A stretch of DNA of 62,943 nucleotides, counting the filler, from Lenisia limosa (Eukaryota > Protista > Breviatea), in assembly GCA_001655205.1 (NCBI GenBank). It is 10 parts of 10 records of this genome, joined end to end, with 100 filler letters (N's around TTAATTAATTAA, not from the genome) between each part and the next. Parts side by side here need not be neighbours in the genome. Positions count along the whole stretch, not along the records: positions 38,514 to 53,229 come from LPNZ01003802.1; positions 53,330 to 58,807 come from LPNZ01010289.1; positions 58,908 to 59,945 come from LPNZ01005966.1; 7 more parts are not named here. One strand, written 5' to 3'. The notes beneath the pieces were generated by a model that was not told where the DNA came from, searched no databases, and saw only the letters and a program-made list of their open reading frames with translations. Position numbers and translations under genes: made by a program. Below are positions 47,101 through 58,955 of the stretch, piece by piece (position 1 is the stretch's first letter; every line of letters begins with the position of its first letter).

Positions 47101-49150
47101 TCACAGTTCTGTATCCCTCGTAGCAGTATTAATTGCAATGAGAAGGTATTTGTCACTTAAGGGGGAAATTCTGTCGAAAGGAGATTTGTCATTGACACTA
47201 ATTGGTATCTTGTTTATTGTAAGTAATGAATCACTTTCTATAATATCAGGGGTGATTGCAAAAAGGATTCATTCGAATGTATCACAGATCAAGAAAATAT
47301 ATCAAAATCACAAAATTAAACTTCCAAGATAACACAAAAACTGAAACCTAAATACAAACTACATAAAGACTAACTCAATTACATCTCAATTAACCTTACC
47401 TTCTTTTACTGTAGAGAAGAAGTCCTGCTGGATGATAACATTGCAAAAATGTTATACCGATACAAAAAGAGAGAACTGAAGTAACTTTTGTGACACATAT
47501 CTTTTTTAAAGAAACATTCAGCCAACTCTCATCTCACAGTGTCCCAAATGCCCATCTGTCAAACTGTCAACCTCATTGAGAATGTTATCAATGAATTCAC
47601 CTTACTAAAACGTTACTACCAAATCATCTAAAGGAGTAGCTCTCCAAATTCAAAAAATAGATAATGTGAATCTTTAAAGGCGATCCAGTACCATTTCCGA
47701 AATAACATCAAAATCGTCACTGTCAGTTATAGGTCGCGACATTGTTAGATCTGAGGTAATGGGAGTTGTTCATAGGGCTCTCAAGGGCAGACCGCGGGGT
47801 GGAACTGAATTGATAAAATCCTGCAATAATCCTTGAATTTTTACAAAAATTTACAGGTAATGTTTGTACAGGGCTTCAGTTTCTATTTTGAAGATAACAA
47901 AGATTCAAAAACTGGTTTTGGGTTCTTCATCTGAAGCGCTGTATTCCACAAATTGTGATCTAAAACGTAAACATACGTATTATTATTTGAGGAGAGAAAA
48001 GGAAACAACACATTTGAAACTCAAACTTACCAGATGTTTGAGGCTAGTTATCTGATACCATTGAGGCAGCCACAAGGATGTCAAGGCCGAAATGATGATG
48101 ACGGTGACATAAAGTTGGGTCAAAGGTGTGATCAGTCGGTGTGTCTCGCAAAGCATGAAGGTATATACACCTGGCTTGTCAATTCGACAAAATCGTTGAT
48201 CATAGAATATTAGACATTGGGCACACCAGATTTTAATAATCGATTTTTTTAGAAGAAAATGAAATATATAATTGACTTAAACTGATTAAACAATGATGCT
48301 GGATCCAATGGGTAAACTGTCTAATACACAGTATATGATATTGACATATGATACATTTGTTTGAACCTAACTATTTTGGGGACAAACCTATTAACAAACA
48401 TGGAATCCACATTTACAATATAAAGTAAAAAATGCAGTCATAGCAATACAAAACCGTTTCACATTGAAAGCGGAAAAGTGGTTCTCAAATTGATATGATT
48501 CCATAATTTACAATTATATGAGAGGTTATTATGTTATATTGCAACAATAATAACCTATCACCATACTTTTGGTCCAGTAACCGCGAACTCCGAAAGATGT
48601 GATGTTGACAGTAACAGTGGATTTTTGGTTGGTGCGCTCTTTCGAAGAGTTTGAGGAGTGATGGACTGGGAGAGCGAAATTGCCGATAAGCTCTGAGTGG
48701 TAAAATAACAGGTTGTCACAAAGCTAGCCGAAAAGAAATCGTGGATATGTATATGGTGAATTCATTGGATGGATTCGGCTGTGTCGTATTTGTGAATGTT
48801 CACATTTGTTTGGTAAAAAAAATTATAATGTTACTTACTGATGAAATCGAAACTGTGACACTTTCTGAGTTGACATCGGGACGTATGGATGAAGCAGAAA
48901 TATTTCTCCTGGTATCCCTTGCTTGCAAGTCTCCTAATTCATCACTGAAGCATTTATTGTACTCTTAATTGGAAACGGTATATTTGAGATAACCGAATCG
49001 ACAAATAACGTGAAACTTGCCATTTGAGGAACATTTTGGCAAATGGTGCAAAAATAAAATGCCTACTTTTTTGAAGCATTGCATCAGATGGCCACTTTCA
49101 CGTGGCAACACTTACCCGTTTTAGAAGGTTGAGATGTCTTTTGCTTCAAG
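47101..49150 (-). CDS. Multi-exon hypothetical protein
   Basis: Phase-consistent exons LKQKTSQPSKT-GILFLHHLPKCSSN-EYNKCFSDELG...-LCDNLLFYHSELIGNFALP and terminal ESDSLLTINK...RDTEL*; start not located. Confidence 0.4.
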
Positions 49151-49571
49151 CTTCACAAATAATTTCAAGAGCTATTAAAAGTATTAATTAAAACAGTAAT
49201 TGAGTTTTAGTGATCCTAATAGTGATTTTACCCCCCTCCACCTTCCCATTAACTCCATACCACTTTTGGTCAGTAGGCTGTGGTTATCTTGTTCATTTGT
49301 TCATGACACATGTCGAAATATTTAATCCGACTTGAGAATTTTACCAATACTATCATGAAACCTCTTCCATTCTAAATTTCAAATTAATATGATACGTTCA
49401 TGGACTTGTTAAACGCTATATTTAAGTGCTATTCCTATTTGTAGTGTCCAAATGTAATCAACAACAACTTCAAATTGAATTCAAGCGCAGAATGAAATAA
49501 TGTCTTGGTGTAATTTTCAGTCATGTTTTCTTTGTTTTACCCTTGTGTTTTTACAGTTATAGGACTTTAAG

Positions 49572-52500
49572 ATGGAACCCACTTCTCGTGATGAACTAGG
49601 TTTGCCTCTTTTACCTGATCATGATGTCACTTCTGTTATCATATTTCTGAGGAGAACTGAATTAGTATTAAATGTCGTCAGTCTTTTTTTGAAACTTTGT
49701 CGGTTTTCAGTGATTCTTAGTTGCGTCTTCACATATTACTGAAATTATTTATAATTACATTCATTTTTGTAATAAAAGAGCAGCCAAAGGTTCAAAGAGG
49801 ATGACACCAGATGTTGTCCATATGTACTTGCAATTCGCATGATTAAAGAATACACTAGTTGATTCATACAGAACTGATGCTCATCTCTGCGCTTCAGAAC
49901 AACGACAAACTCACCGAAGAAAATGAAGTGTTAAAAGTATGGTAAACATGTTCGATACTATTTCATATTAGTTATTTTGTACTTTCAAAATTACATGTAA
50001 ATAATAACTATTACAGCAACAAATGAACTTGGCTCTTGATGCACAACATGCAGTTACAACTGAGGTACGTCTAATTATCGCAAATTTGATAAGTTCTTCG
50101 TCCAACAGTCAGAATCAATTTCTTAAGATTCCGTTGGGTTCCCAAATGTTTCCAATATGACAGATGTTGGATGCAGACTTTTTCAGTCTTTTTACTGTTT
50201 TAGGCTGATCAGAAGGCGCAAGCACTTCAAAAAAAGTTGGGAGAAATCTGAAATTTGAAACATAGTAAATCACTTAAAATATGCATGTACATGTAGATAA
50301 ATTTACATGTTTTGATAAAATAATGCTCAGTATTGCCGACTACTCTGAGGCACTTCTAAAGGAGCAACGCCGTTTTTACTACGTCACTTCGAGCTACAGT
50401 GCTACAGTGAGTTATTTGGAAATGGAATCAAATCTGCAATTATCAATTCTCATATTACCTTACCAATATTATCAAATGACCATAGATATAATTTTCACTC
50501 ATATATAAATTTGGACACCACCACACCACATTTCAGAGTTCAATGTTTAAAAATGTGAAGTTACGAAAATAGGTGCAGTCGCTCAGTGGACAGCTGGCTG
50601 TTGCTGATCTTGCCCGGGCGGATATGGTAGGTTGGGGAGGTGTGTAATCTGGAGAAATTGCCATGGTAGTGATTATTCATTTGTACAATTCTGAAGGAGT
50701 TGGAAATTCCATCTGTTTTTGATATTTCATTCATGTTTGTATTTCTAATGAGTCAGGCTGCGGTATATGACTTACGTCTCTTTGAACTGAAGTGTGAAAA
50801 TGACAGCCTCAACCACAAACTTGCTAGTTCTCTGAAGAAAAACCGCGAACTCAAGACAACTCTGGAAAAGAAGCGTGACGCGTTTGCTTCGCTTTGTGTC
50901 AAGGTGAGAGGCAAACATGAAATTAATTCGCTCAGTTAACAGTATTATTTATCATTAGTATTAGAACGTAATTAACATTTAGTGTTTACAAATAATTGCA
51001 AAGTACCTTCGAAATAACATTTGGTACATTGTATATGAATATTAACATAAAACAGACAAGTGATGAAATTCTCCGAGTAAAGCACGAAATGCTGCAAATT
51101 GACATTGCCCACAGTCATGATGATCGAATCATTAAGGAACTTGAGAAAAGGGTCCGTTGATGTGCAGTTTTGGATTTGAAACTAGAAATTTCTTACACCC
51201 TTAATTTGAAAACTGTTTGGAACACTAGTCTTGATTACGTGGGCAATTCTTATAACCAAGAGTTACCAATCTATTAACATTTCAATTTCAATTTTATAAT
51301 CATAATTGGAATACCATACAGATTTTGTCCTCACGAATCAGGTTGATTCATACCAGGCTACAGAAGACTCTATTAAGGTTGGTGCAGGTTTGAATTGAGA
51401 AGTACAGTTCCAATTGTTAGACGAAACTCTAAACAGTACATAATTGAATTCTATAGTTAATACGCTGCATTCTTTTATTATTGGTTTGCTAAAGCAACTC
51501 TTTGGACTAATCAGTCTTCATAAACGATAAAGATACAACCATGATGTTCTTACGAACAAAGGTGTCAATTCTCACTTTCTCTTTTTTTAGGCCAAATTCG
51601 TGAAGGAAATCCAGGCTCGTAACGAGCTCATAAGCCGCCTCAAGATAGAAGGTTCCAGAATGCAGAGGGACTACTTTGACACTTCCAATGCGTGGGGGGA
51701 TTACATTGTCTTTAGCAGGTTAATGAAAGATACACTGAGTTAGAAATGGACTAACAATTATAAATCACAATAATTGCCATTAATATTGCGACTTCGACAA
51801 TGTAAAATCAACAAATGAATGAGTTCATGGATAAGTCACCATTTTTGCTGATCCATACATACTTGACAGAACCAGAAATCTGTTTTCATAACCCTAAACA
51901 GGCTAAAGAGAAGCCGTGCAGTTTTAACTGCAACCCAAGAGGCTATGAAGGCTGACGCTATTTGTCACAACGCTACAGACGAACTGCTGCAGCAACTCAA
52001 GAACGAATATCGCTCCCTCCAACATGCTTTTGAAGTATAGGGTTGTTGAATGCGGTTTCCCTCTGTTGTCAGTTTCATTAACACGCCCTGGTGGAATATC
52101 AAACGCTTACATTTTAACAAACTGTAGATGGCCAAGAAGGAAGTCAACTCACTGATCACTCTTCATGTCATCGAGGTAGTTGGGTGTCATTAAATATTCA
52201 AAACACCAAGAATCACAGTATATCACCAGTTTTACAGCAGTTGGTTTTCTATCATCTTTTAAAATAGCATTCTGAGAGATTCAGCCAGACACAACCCAAT
52301 CATTTCTCTTTCACATAGTTCCCTTAACACCACAGTGTAAAAACAACAAGGCAACCATCGACGGATATGTCCAACAATCCAGAGCCCAGGCCAAGACCCT
52401 CAATGCTATGTCGCAGAAGCAACACGAGTTGCTCTCTCAAATTAAGGATAATCACGGCAGAATGGAGGGAGCTGTGGTTGGTTTTACTTTTCTTGAATAG

Positions 52501-53229
52501 TAAATATCACATATATTGCCACCCAACTTATTTTTCATGAGTATGTATCTGACATGTATATTGTCACCCAACTTATTATTCGTGAGTATGACATGTATAT
52601 TGTAGAAATGATAATCAGATTTGATTAACAATTCACCTTCATAGCCCCTCCTTGAAACCGCGGTTCAGACCCCCCACCCCGCAGCCCTCCTTCTCCAAGC
52701 CAAGAGACAATGCAAGCCCCTCCCACCCATTCCAGAGTCGTACGAGACCCTTGATAGCTATGACAGCATCACGATTTACTCCGATGAAGAACGTATCCCG
52801 CTACTCGAGACCTACAAGATCTTCTCAATGGACCTCGAAGGCCCTGCAATGACATCTCTCATTTCGACTGCTGTCCGGGCTTACTGGACCGAGAAGAAGC
52901 CCGTTGCTCCACCCCCACCCAAATGGCTCCCCCCAATTCCACGGGTTCTCGCACGTGCCCTTCAAGACATGGCATCATACATTCCCAAAACCGAAGCCAT
53001 CATTGAGCCGAAGCCACCTGCCCGTTCGCCCATTCCTGGTATCCTCGCAAGCATGATTCTTGAGTTCTGGGGAATTGAGAAGAACTCTCTCAACCACCCC
53101 ACCACGTCACACCCGACCCTGCCCAATGTCATTGCCAAGGCTCTTCGTATTCATTGTGACGTCAGTTCCGTCCCTCTTGCACCCCCTTTACCGCCGAAGA
53201 AATCTGCTGTTCCTCGCGTTATGGCCCGT
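49572..53229 (+). CDS. Coiled-coil protein with a Pro-rich repetitive region, 3'-truncated
   Basis: MEPTSRDELGLPLLPDHDV..., heptad exons (DSLNHKLASSLKKNRELKTTLEKKR; DELLQQLKNEYRSLQHAFE) and a 580-nt open exon at 52646-53229. Confidence 0.6.
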
Positions 53230-53329
53230 NNNNNNNNNNNNNNNNNNNNNNNNNNNNNNNNNNNNNNNNNNNNTTAATTAATTAANNNNNNNNNNNNNNN
53301 NNNNNNNNNNNNNNNNNNNNNNNNNNNNN

Positions 53330-54340
53330 AAGTCATCGATCTTCACAAAGCAATTATCATTGGGCTTGACCTCGGTTCGAAAAAAAAAAAGGGGAAATAT
53401 CGATAGTTTTCGAGGAGTAATCGAGACATTCAGCCTTTTTTCAAACCGAAGTGAAACCCTATCCCCAATGCCAAATTCAAGAGAATCGCATACTGAAAGT
53501 TTCTTCAGATACCACGAAATCAATGGACGCTTCGCCCTAAATAGTTAGAGGAAAAATAATGGACCATCACGCTAAGATGATTTGTGTTATTTTACAGAGA
53601 AAAGCTTTTGAAAAAAGGCATCTGATCCCAATGATGCATACGCTGTGTTATCCTCTCAGCAGGTCCCACCCCCCAACACACACACAAAGAAAGAGATACA
53701 TTCACACATAAACACAACAAACACAGTAACCTTTTCGTTGAGTTCAGTGCAGCTGATGGGTAAAGCGCTGTTATCGAGTCGAACCTTGTCAGCCACTCTC
53801 TACGCAGGTTTGTTAGAATAATATTTTTTTTTGAAAAAAAACAACAAAAAAAAGTTTCCATGAGATTGTCACCCCCCTCCACCAGGAGATTGTTCCCGCC
53901 AATGTCAACACACATCCACATGGGATATGGGGGCGATAGGGGTGCATGGTTGTGCAGGGCCTGAAAAGTGTCAACATGGGTTTAATTTGAGAAGAAGGAA
54001 ATTCTTACTCTTCAATAAATAGAAATTGTGAATATTTGATGTTGAGGAAATACATGAAATCACACGGTATTGTTTTTTGCTTTTAAAAAAAGCTGTTAAT
54101 CAAAGGCGAGGGAAATCGGCTCATCTAAAAAGGGGGTGACAGTATCTGTTGTTAAGAAAAATAAAAAGGGGAAATAGAAAATTAATTGTTGAATAATAAG
54201 GGGGGATTACCAGAACCGCGGATGGGGGAGAGTGCTAATGCCTGGAAAGGGTTTTTTTTCGAGATCATAATTAAAGAAACTATGCTATGGGCCAATAATG
54301 AAACATTCCAAGATTTTTCCCCCATCTTGAACCAGACAGA
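53330..54340 (-). CDS. Exon-like segments of an unidentified gene (strand uncertain)
   Basis: Minus-strand exons chain in phase 0 (MCVDIGGNNLL|RVADKVRLDNSALPISCTELNEK|DNTAYASLGSDAFFQKLFS|GEASIDFV); a plus-strand reading is also partly open. Confidence 0.25.
53360..53461 (-). mobile_element. hAT-type MITE, family A
   Basis: GGGCTTGACCTCGGTTCGAAAA...TTCAAACCGAAGTGAAACCCTA; TSD not recognisable. Confidence 0.8.
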
Positions 54341-54613
54341 TACACATATCTATCAAAATATTCACAGATATCGGATTATTCACAGATATCGGAAAAATCA
54401 CAGATGAATGCAAGGTTTGGTATGCTGTAACCCCCCCCCCCCTGTAATATCAAAAACAATATTAATTTAGCTACNNNNNNNNNNNNNNNNNNNNNNNNNN
54501 NNNNNNNCCTCAAAGTGAAATTGAAGTGGGTGCCAATTTGAAAGACAGCCGGAAGTGTGCCCTCAACAAGCTCCAAGTAGTCGTACCAATACAGTGGGGG
54601 GAGGGCTACTATG

Positions 54614-54730
54614 TCTTCACTAAAATGTCAAGAACCATCAAAATTATCACTAAAATACCAAGTTTCATCAAAATTATCACTAAAATACCAAGTTTCATCA
54701 AAATTATCACTAAAATGTCAAATATCATCA
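54614..54730 (+). repeat. Tandem repeat, 30 bp x3-4
   Basis: Unit AAAATTATCACTAAAATACCAAGTTTCATC. Confidence 0.9.
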
Positions 54731-55062
54731 TTATTACAAGTACTTTACATAACCAACTATTTTTGTAAGGTAATATATACATGTCTTCGCTTTGTTATTG
54801 CTTGTTTTTTGTTATTTGTTTGGGGTTTCAGATTATTCGGTTTGTGATTAGTACCTTTACGCCAATATTCTTCATCGAATTTCCTTCGTTTTACCTCCCC
54901 CCCCTAACTATTTGGTGATATTTGGTTCGTGATAGGTCACAGCAACGGTTGAGGAGTTACTGATACCATCAATAGTAGCTTTAATGTGGTACTGCTTTCC
55001 TGGAGAAGTAAGGGATTTTTTTTGATACACGCTTCAATAGAGACTTTACTCCATGATTCAAG

Positions 55063-55162
55063 TAAAGCTTCACTTCGGTTCAAAAAAAGACTGAATTTCT
55101 CGATAAATCCTCGAAAACTAACGATATTTTACAGGTCTTTTTCGAACAAAAGTGAAGCCCTA
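55063..55162 (+). mobile_element. hAT-type MITE, family A (100 bp)
   Basis: Perfect 8-bp TSD GATTCAAG (55055-55062 and 55163-55170) around the family A TIRs. Confidence 0.9.
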
Positions 55163-55539
55163 GATTCAAGTTTCAAAAGAGACTTTCCTGCAAAATGAAT
55201 TTTGCTCTCGAAGTACATATAAAAACAAAACAATCTTTGCCCCTCCCCCACCGTCTATGCCTGCTTTGAAATAAGGGTAAATCAAAATTTGGCCATCAGG
55301 GAAGGGTTCAATAAACTATGAAGTTAAAAGAGAAATTCTGGTAGTCTGTTGAATAGTATTGACTTGTTACCTTACATTTTTGATTTGTATTATTTCCGAT
55401 CCTAAAGTATCTATTTGCTTCCCTAGATTTCTAGTTTGATTGAGGGTGAGGAGTGTTTACGTGTTGGTTGACGGTGGGAGTGTTTATCTTCTTTGTTTTA
55501 AATGGGAGAGGAGTGTTTGTTTGTGTTCATATTTTACAG

Positions 55540-55647
55540 GACATGAAGAGATGATAAAAAAGGTGAGCGTAAGAAGGATGACATGAAGAGATGATATAAA
55601 AGGTATGCATTAGAAGGATGACCTGAGGAGATGACAAAAAGATATGG
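55540..55647 (+). repeat. 40-bp tandem repeat (~2.7 copies) containing an exon end and donor site
   Basis: GACATGAAGAGATGATAAAAAAG|GTGAGC..., period 40 (55540, 55580, 55620). Confidence 0.8.
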
Positions 55648-55714
55648 TTGAAGCCATTCACAACAGTGAAAGAATGGCAGATGGAAAAGGGGAAAGGGGA
55701 GAAAAGGTGATGAC

Positions 55715-58351
55715 TAGAGCTCTTTCCAATTAATTCATTGTCCCAATTAATTGATAATCAATTTTTTAATTGTTTTAGTTGAGGACCAATTAATTTACCA
55801 ATTAAATAATCTTAAATGCAGCAGTGTGTTTAATGATAGTTTTATTTCAGGTAAAGAGGGATGNNNNNNNNNNNNNNNNNNNNNNNNNNNNNNNNNNNNN
55901 NNNNNNNNNNNNNNNNNNNNNNNNNNNNNNNNNNNNNNNNNNNNNNNNNNNNNNNNNNNNNNNNNNNNNNNNNNNNNNNNNNNNNNNNNNNNNNNNNNNN
56001 NNNNNNNNNNNNNNNNNNNNNNNNNNNNNNNNNNNNNNNNNNNNNNNNNNNNNNNNNNNNNNNNNNNNNNNNNNNNNNNNNNNNNNNNNNNNGACATCAA
56101 GGCACAGCTCCGCGAGCTTTTCGCTTCTGTAAGCTTCCTTAATAAGATAAAAAGGTTTTTATGATGAAAGGCGTTATCTCACCTTTTAGGGTGAGCTCAC
56201 TGCTGCCGATCTTGTATCGATGCCACTACCAGTCTCACACACCTTACTATTTAATATTTTTTTTTAGTCGAATGTGGGGATAGACAACCCTATTGTAGCT
56301 GCCGTAGTAGAAAAAGACACTGGAATTCGCGTCGGCAAAACCGTAGCTAAGCGAATCAAGAAGATGGTCAGCGTAAACAGTCACCTCGACTTCGACCGCA
56401 GAGCTCAGTCTCAAGAAAGCAATAAGCATTATTGCATGATAGGGTGTCAGAAGGATTAAAATGTTGCAAATGTGTCATCTTCTGCTGCTGTATTTGACTT
56501 CTGAAGCCAGAGATCACACTTCAAAACGGAAGGGGCTTCTCTCAAGGAATCCGAATGATCAAGACCGTCAAACATGCTGTCTGTAACATGGGTGGCATAG
56601 AGGCCGATAAGGAGGCGCGGAAGGTGCGGCTACAGTTTTATGGAAAGGAGGAGATTGTCGCCAATGCTTTATCAGCCCTACGCTGGGGAGCTACTCAGGA
56701 GAAGGAACTACCCAAAGAAGGTTTGTAAATATATTTGTATGTAAATTGCTACTGGGTCATTTGTGGTGAGAGCTAGTCCGTCTGATGTCTTTTAGAGAGA
56801 ATTAAGAAGGCCCTTGGCCTACTATCTGCTCCTCTCCATGAACCATTTGAAAGCATAAGGGACGATATTTACCACAGNNNNNNNNNNNNNNNNNNNNNNN
56901 NNNNNNNNNNNNNNNNNNNNATGACCTTGAACTCAAAGACGAACTGAACAGTGTTACAGACGTTATCAAAGTTAACATCTCAAAGTCTGCGGTCCTTCTT
57001 AAGAAGATGCGAACATTATCTCTGGTCAACCACGATGTCACACCCAATGAAGAGGTAGACCCAAGTCGCATCCTTTTTGGAGACGAAATTGCGTTCATGG
57101 GCGCTTTCTTCGGAGAGATGCCTGGCTTCCCTCGATTTTTGGCTTTAGGCCTTCTCAGTGGTATGGGCGATTTACTAATGGCAACGTGCAACCTTGGCGG
57201 TGACGACATCAGTTCAACAGATAGGGTTATGGAGAGCCAAGTTCCGGTCTCGACACACAAGGGAATGATTGAAGAAGAGGTTCGTCGAGCATTTTTGGGG
57301 ATAATGTGCTATAACGAACAGTTTGTAATATTCGCAAAAATAAGTAACTACAACTTGCTTCCACGTGATATGATGATTACTTTTCTACAGTGTGTCATGT
57401 TTCAGGTCAAAAAATACAAGAGCAGATTTACAGTCTCCATGACGCACCGCGGAGCTTTGGAGACAATCAGCCACATTTCAAAAGACACTCCAAATATCGC
57501 ATATATATTGCAAAAGCCGCTTCCCATGCTGTCGATGCTATCCAGCTTGGCCCAATCGACATGCCCTGATATTGCTGTCAAGATCCTCTGGGTTGAGTCT
57601 GGAATGAGAGGAGCAACCATTCAGGATGATCAGGTCATTGTTAACAAGACTGACTACGAAGAGAAGAAAGCAAGAGGAAAGAAGGTCGACACGAAGGAAG
57701 GGACAACACTTGGACCTGACAAGATTGACGCAACTGGAGGCGCTATGGCTGTTCTCAAGAGACAAGTTCTGCGAAAGGAAGGTAATGATGTGTCTTCCGT
57801 GCTCACTTACCAATCTAGTGTATGTAGTTTTTCTTATAAGAATAAATTGTTCAAAAAAAAAATAATTGGTACCTTTTAGAGATAAAGTTAAGCGAGTCAT
57901 TTTTAAACTCCAAAAACGGTTTTTGAATCAAAAAATCACAAACACATATAATGAACGATGTGATTGCTTCCACAATATTTCCTATTCACTGTTCAGGCCT
58001 CTTCAATTCCGTTTGAGCGTTTGTTCTCCAGATGCGGAACGGCTACAAAAACCGCCAGAACCCTGAAACATTGGCAACAACCATGTTCTGGGAACAGAAT
58101 ACCCTGCACTCTTGACTGATACGACACAGTTTAAGATAACGGCCAGGGTTTAATTTTGTTGAATGTAGTTTATATATCTGCTTATTGATTGTTCTCTGGA
58201 ATCAGAGTGTTGCTTTTTCTTTGGAAAATTTTGAAAAACTTCAAACACAGGTTAATGTTTCTTACAGAACATAATGGTCATTATAATGAAAGTCAAGTAA
58301 TGTGCGATTAATAAATAATTAATTTAATAAAATTAATTGGAAAGAGCTCTA
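55715..58351 (+). mobile_element. Full-length hAT-superfamily DNA transposon (~2.6 kb including gaps)
   Basis: Perfect 21-bp TIR TAGAGCTCTTTCCAATTAATT (55715-55735 and 58331-58351); perfect 8-bp TSD GTGATGAC (55707-55714 and 58352-58359); subterminal CAATTAATT repeats; internal transposase-like gene. Confidence 0.9.
56093..58119 (+). CDS. Divergent, intron-containing hAT transposase (5' end in a gap; may be partly decayed)
   Basis: Motifs in hAT order: LRWG (56678-56689), LHEPFE, PRF, PDIAVKIL, and last exon ASSIPFERLFSRCG...R (ERLFS at 58015-58029, the dimerization-domain motif carrying the catalytic E). GT-AG introns include 56721-56795 and 57820-57996. An intact CxxH and the first two catalytic Asp were not located. 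Confidence 0.7.
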
Positions 58352-58955
58352 GTGATGACTGAAAAAGGAGGGCAGTTAAAGTGTAAAATTAAAGAGAAAA
58401 GTGCGTGATATACACGTACATAGTGGAGAAAAGATACACCACCAACCACAAGCCACAGTAATTTTTATAGTCACTTTTGGAAAAGAACGAATCTCCACTT
58501 CTTTTGAAGAAATAGAATTAAAAATAATTACCGAAAATCCAAAACAAAACAACGCCAGACCTTGCAATGATGTCCAACATGCACAATTCCATCATCTTCT
58601 TCGTCAGGTACCGAAAGCAAAATGGTCACCTTACGTCCCATAACTACATACGGTTAATGGAATAATTGACCATTTTTTAATTTCATAACAATAAGACTTT
58701 GTTATTTGTTCGGCGATCCATAATTAAATCCGGTTAATGTAGAGAAATTGAGAGAAAAAAGAAGGGTCTCTTTGCAACCGCGACCATACTAAGATGTATT
58801 ACAATCANNNNNNNNNNNNNNNNNNNNNNNNNNNNNNNNNNNNNNNNNNNNTTAATTAATTAANNNNNNNNNNNNNNNNNNNNNNNNNNNNNNNNNNNNN
58901 NNNNNNNATTTTGGGTTTTTCTTTGTTTCATAGATTCCCATTACCCTCCCTCCAG

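Noticed and set aside
47400-47820. Long minus-strand frame with interspersed TAA/TAG/TGA suggesting stop-codon reassignment
   Set aside because: Stop density is about what AT-rich intronic DNA would give, and all well-supported genes use TAA, TAG and TGA as ordinary stops with no in-frame stops in conserved exons.
56609-57261. Narnavirus/mitovirus-like RdRp motif series (KEARKVR, ELNSVTD, GEMPGFP, GGDD, VPVSTHK) suggesting an endogenous RNA virus gene with introns
   Set aside because: Motif A lacks a properly placed Asp and the C-to-D spacing is short. The same ORF lies inside perfect hAT TIRs with an 8-bp TSD and ends in the ERLFS hAT motif, so a transposase is more parsimonious. An RdRp HMM search would settle it.
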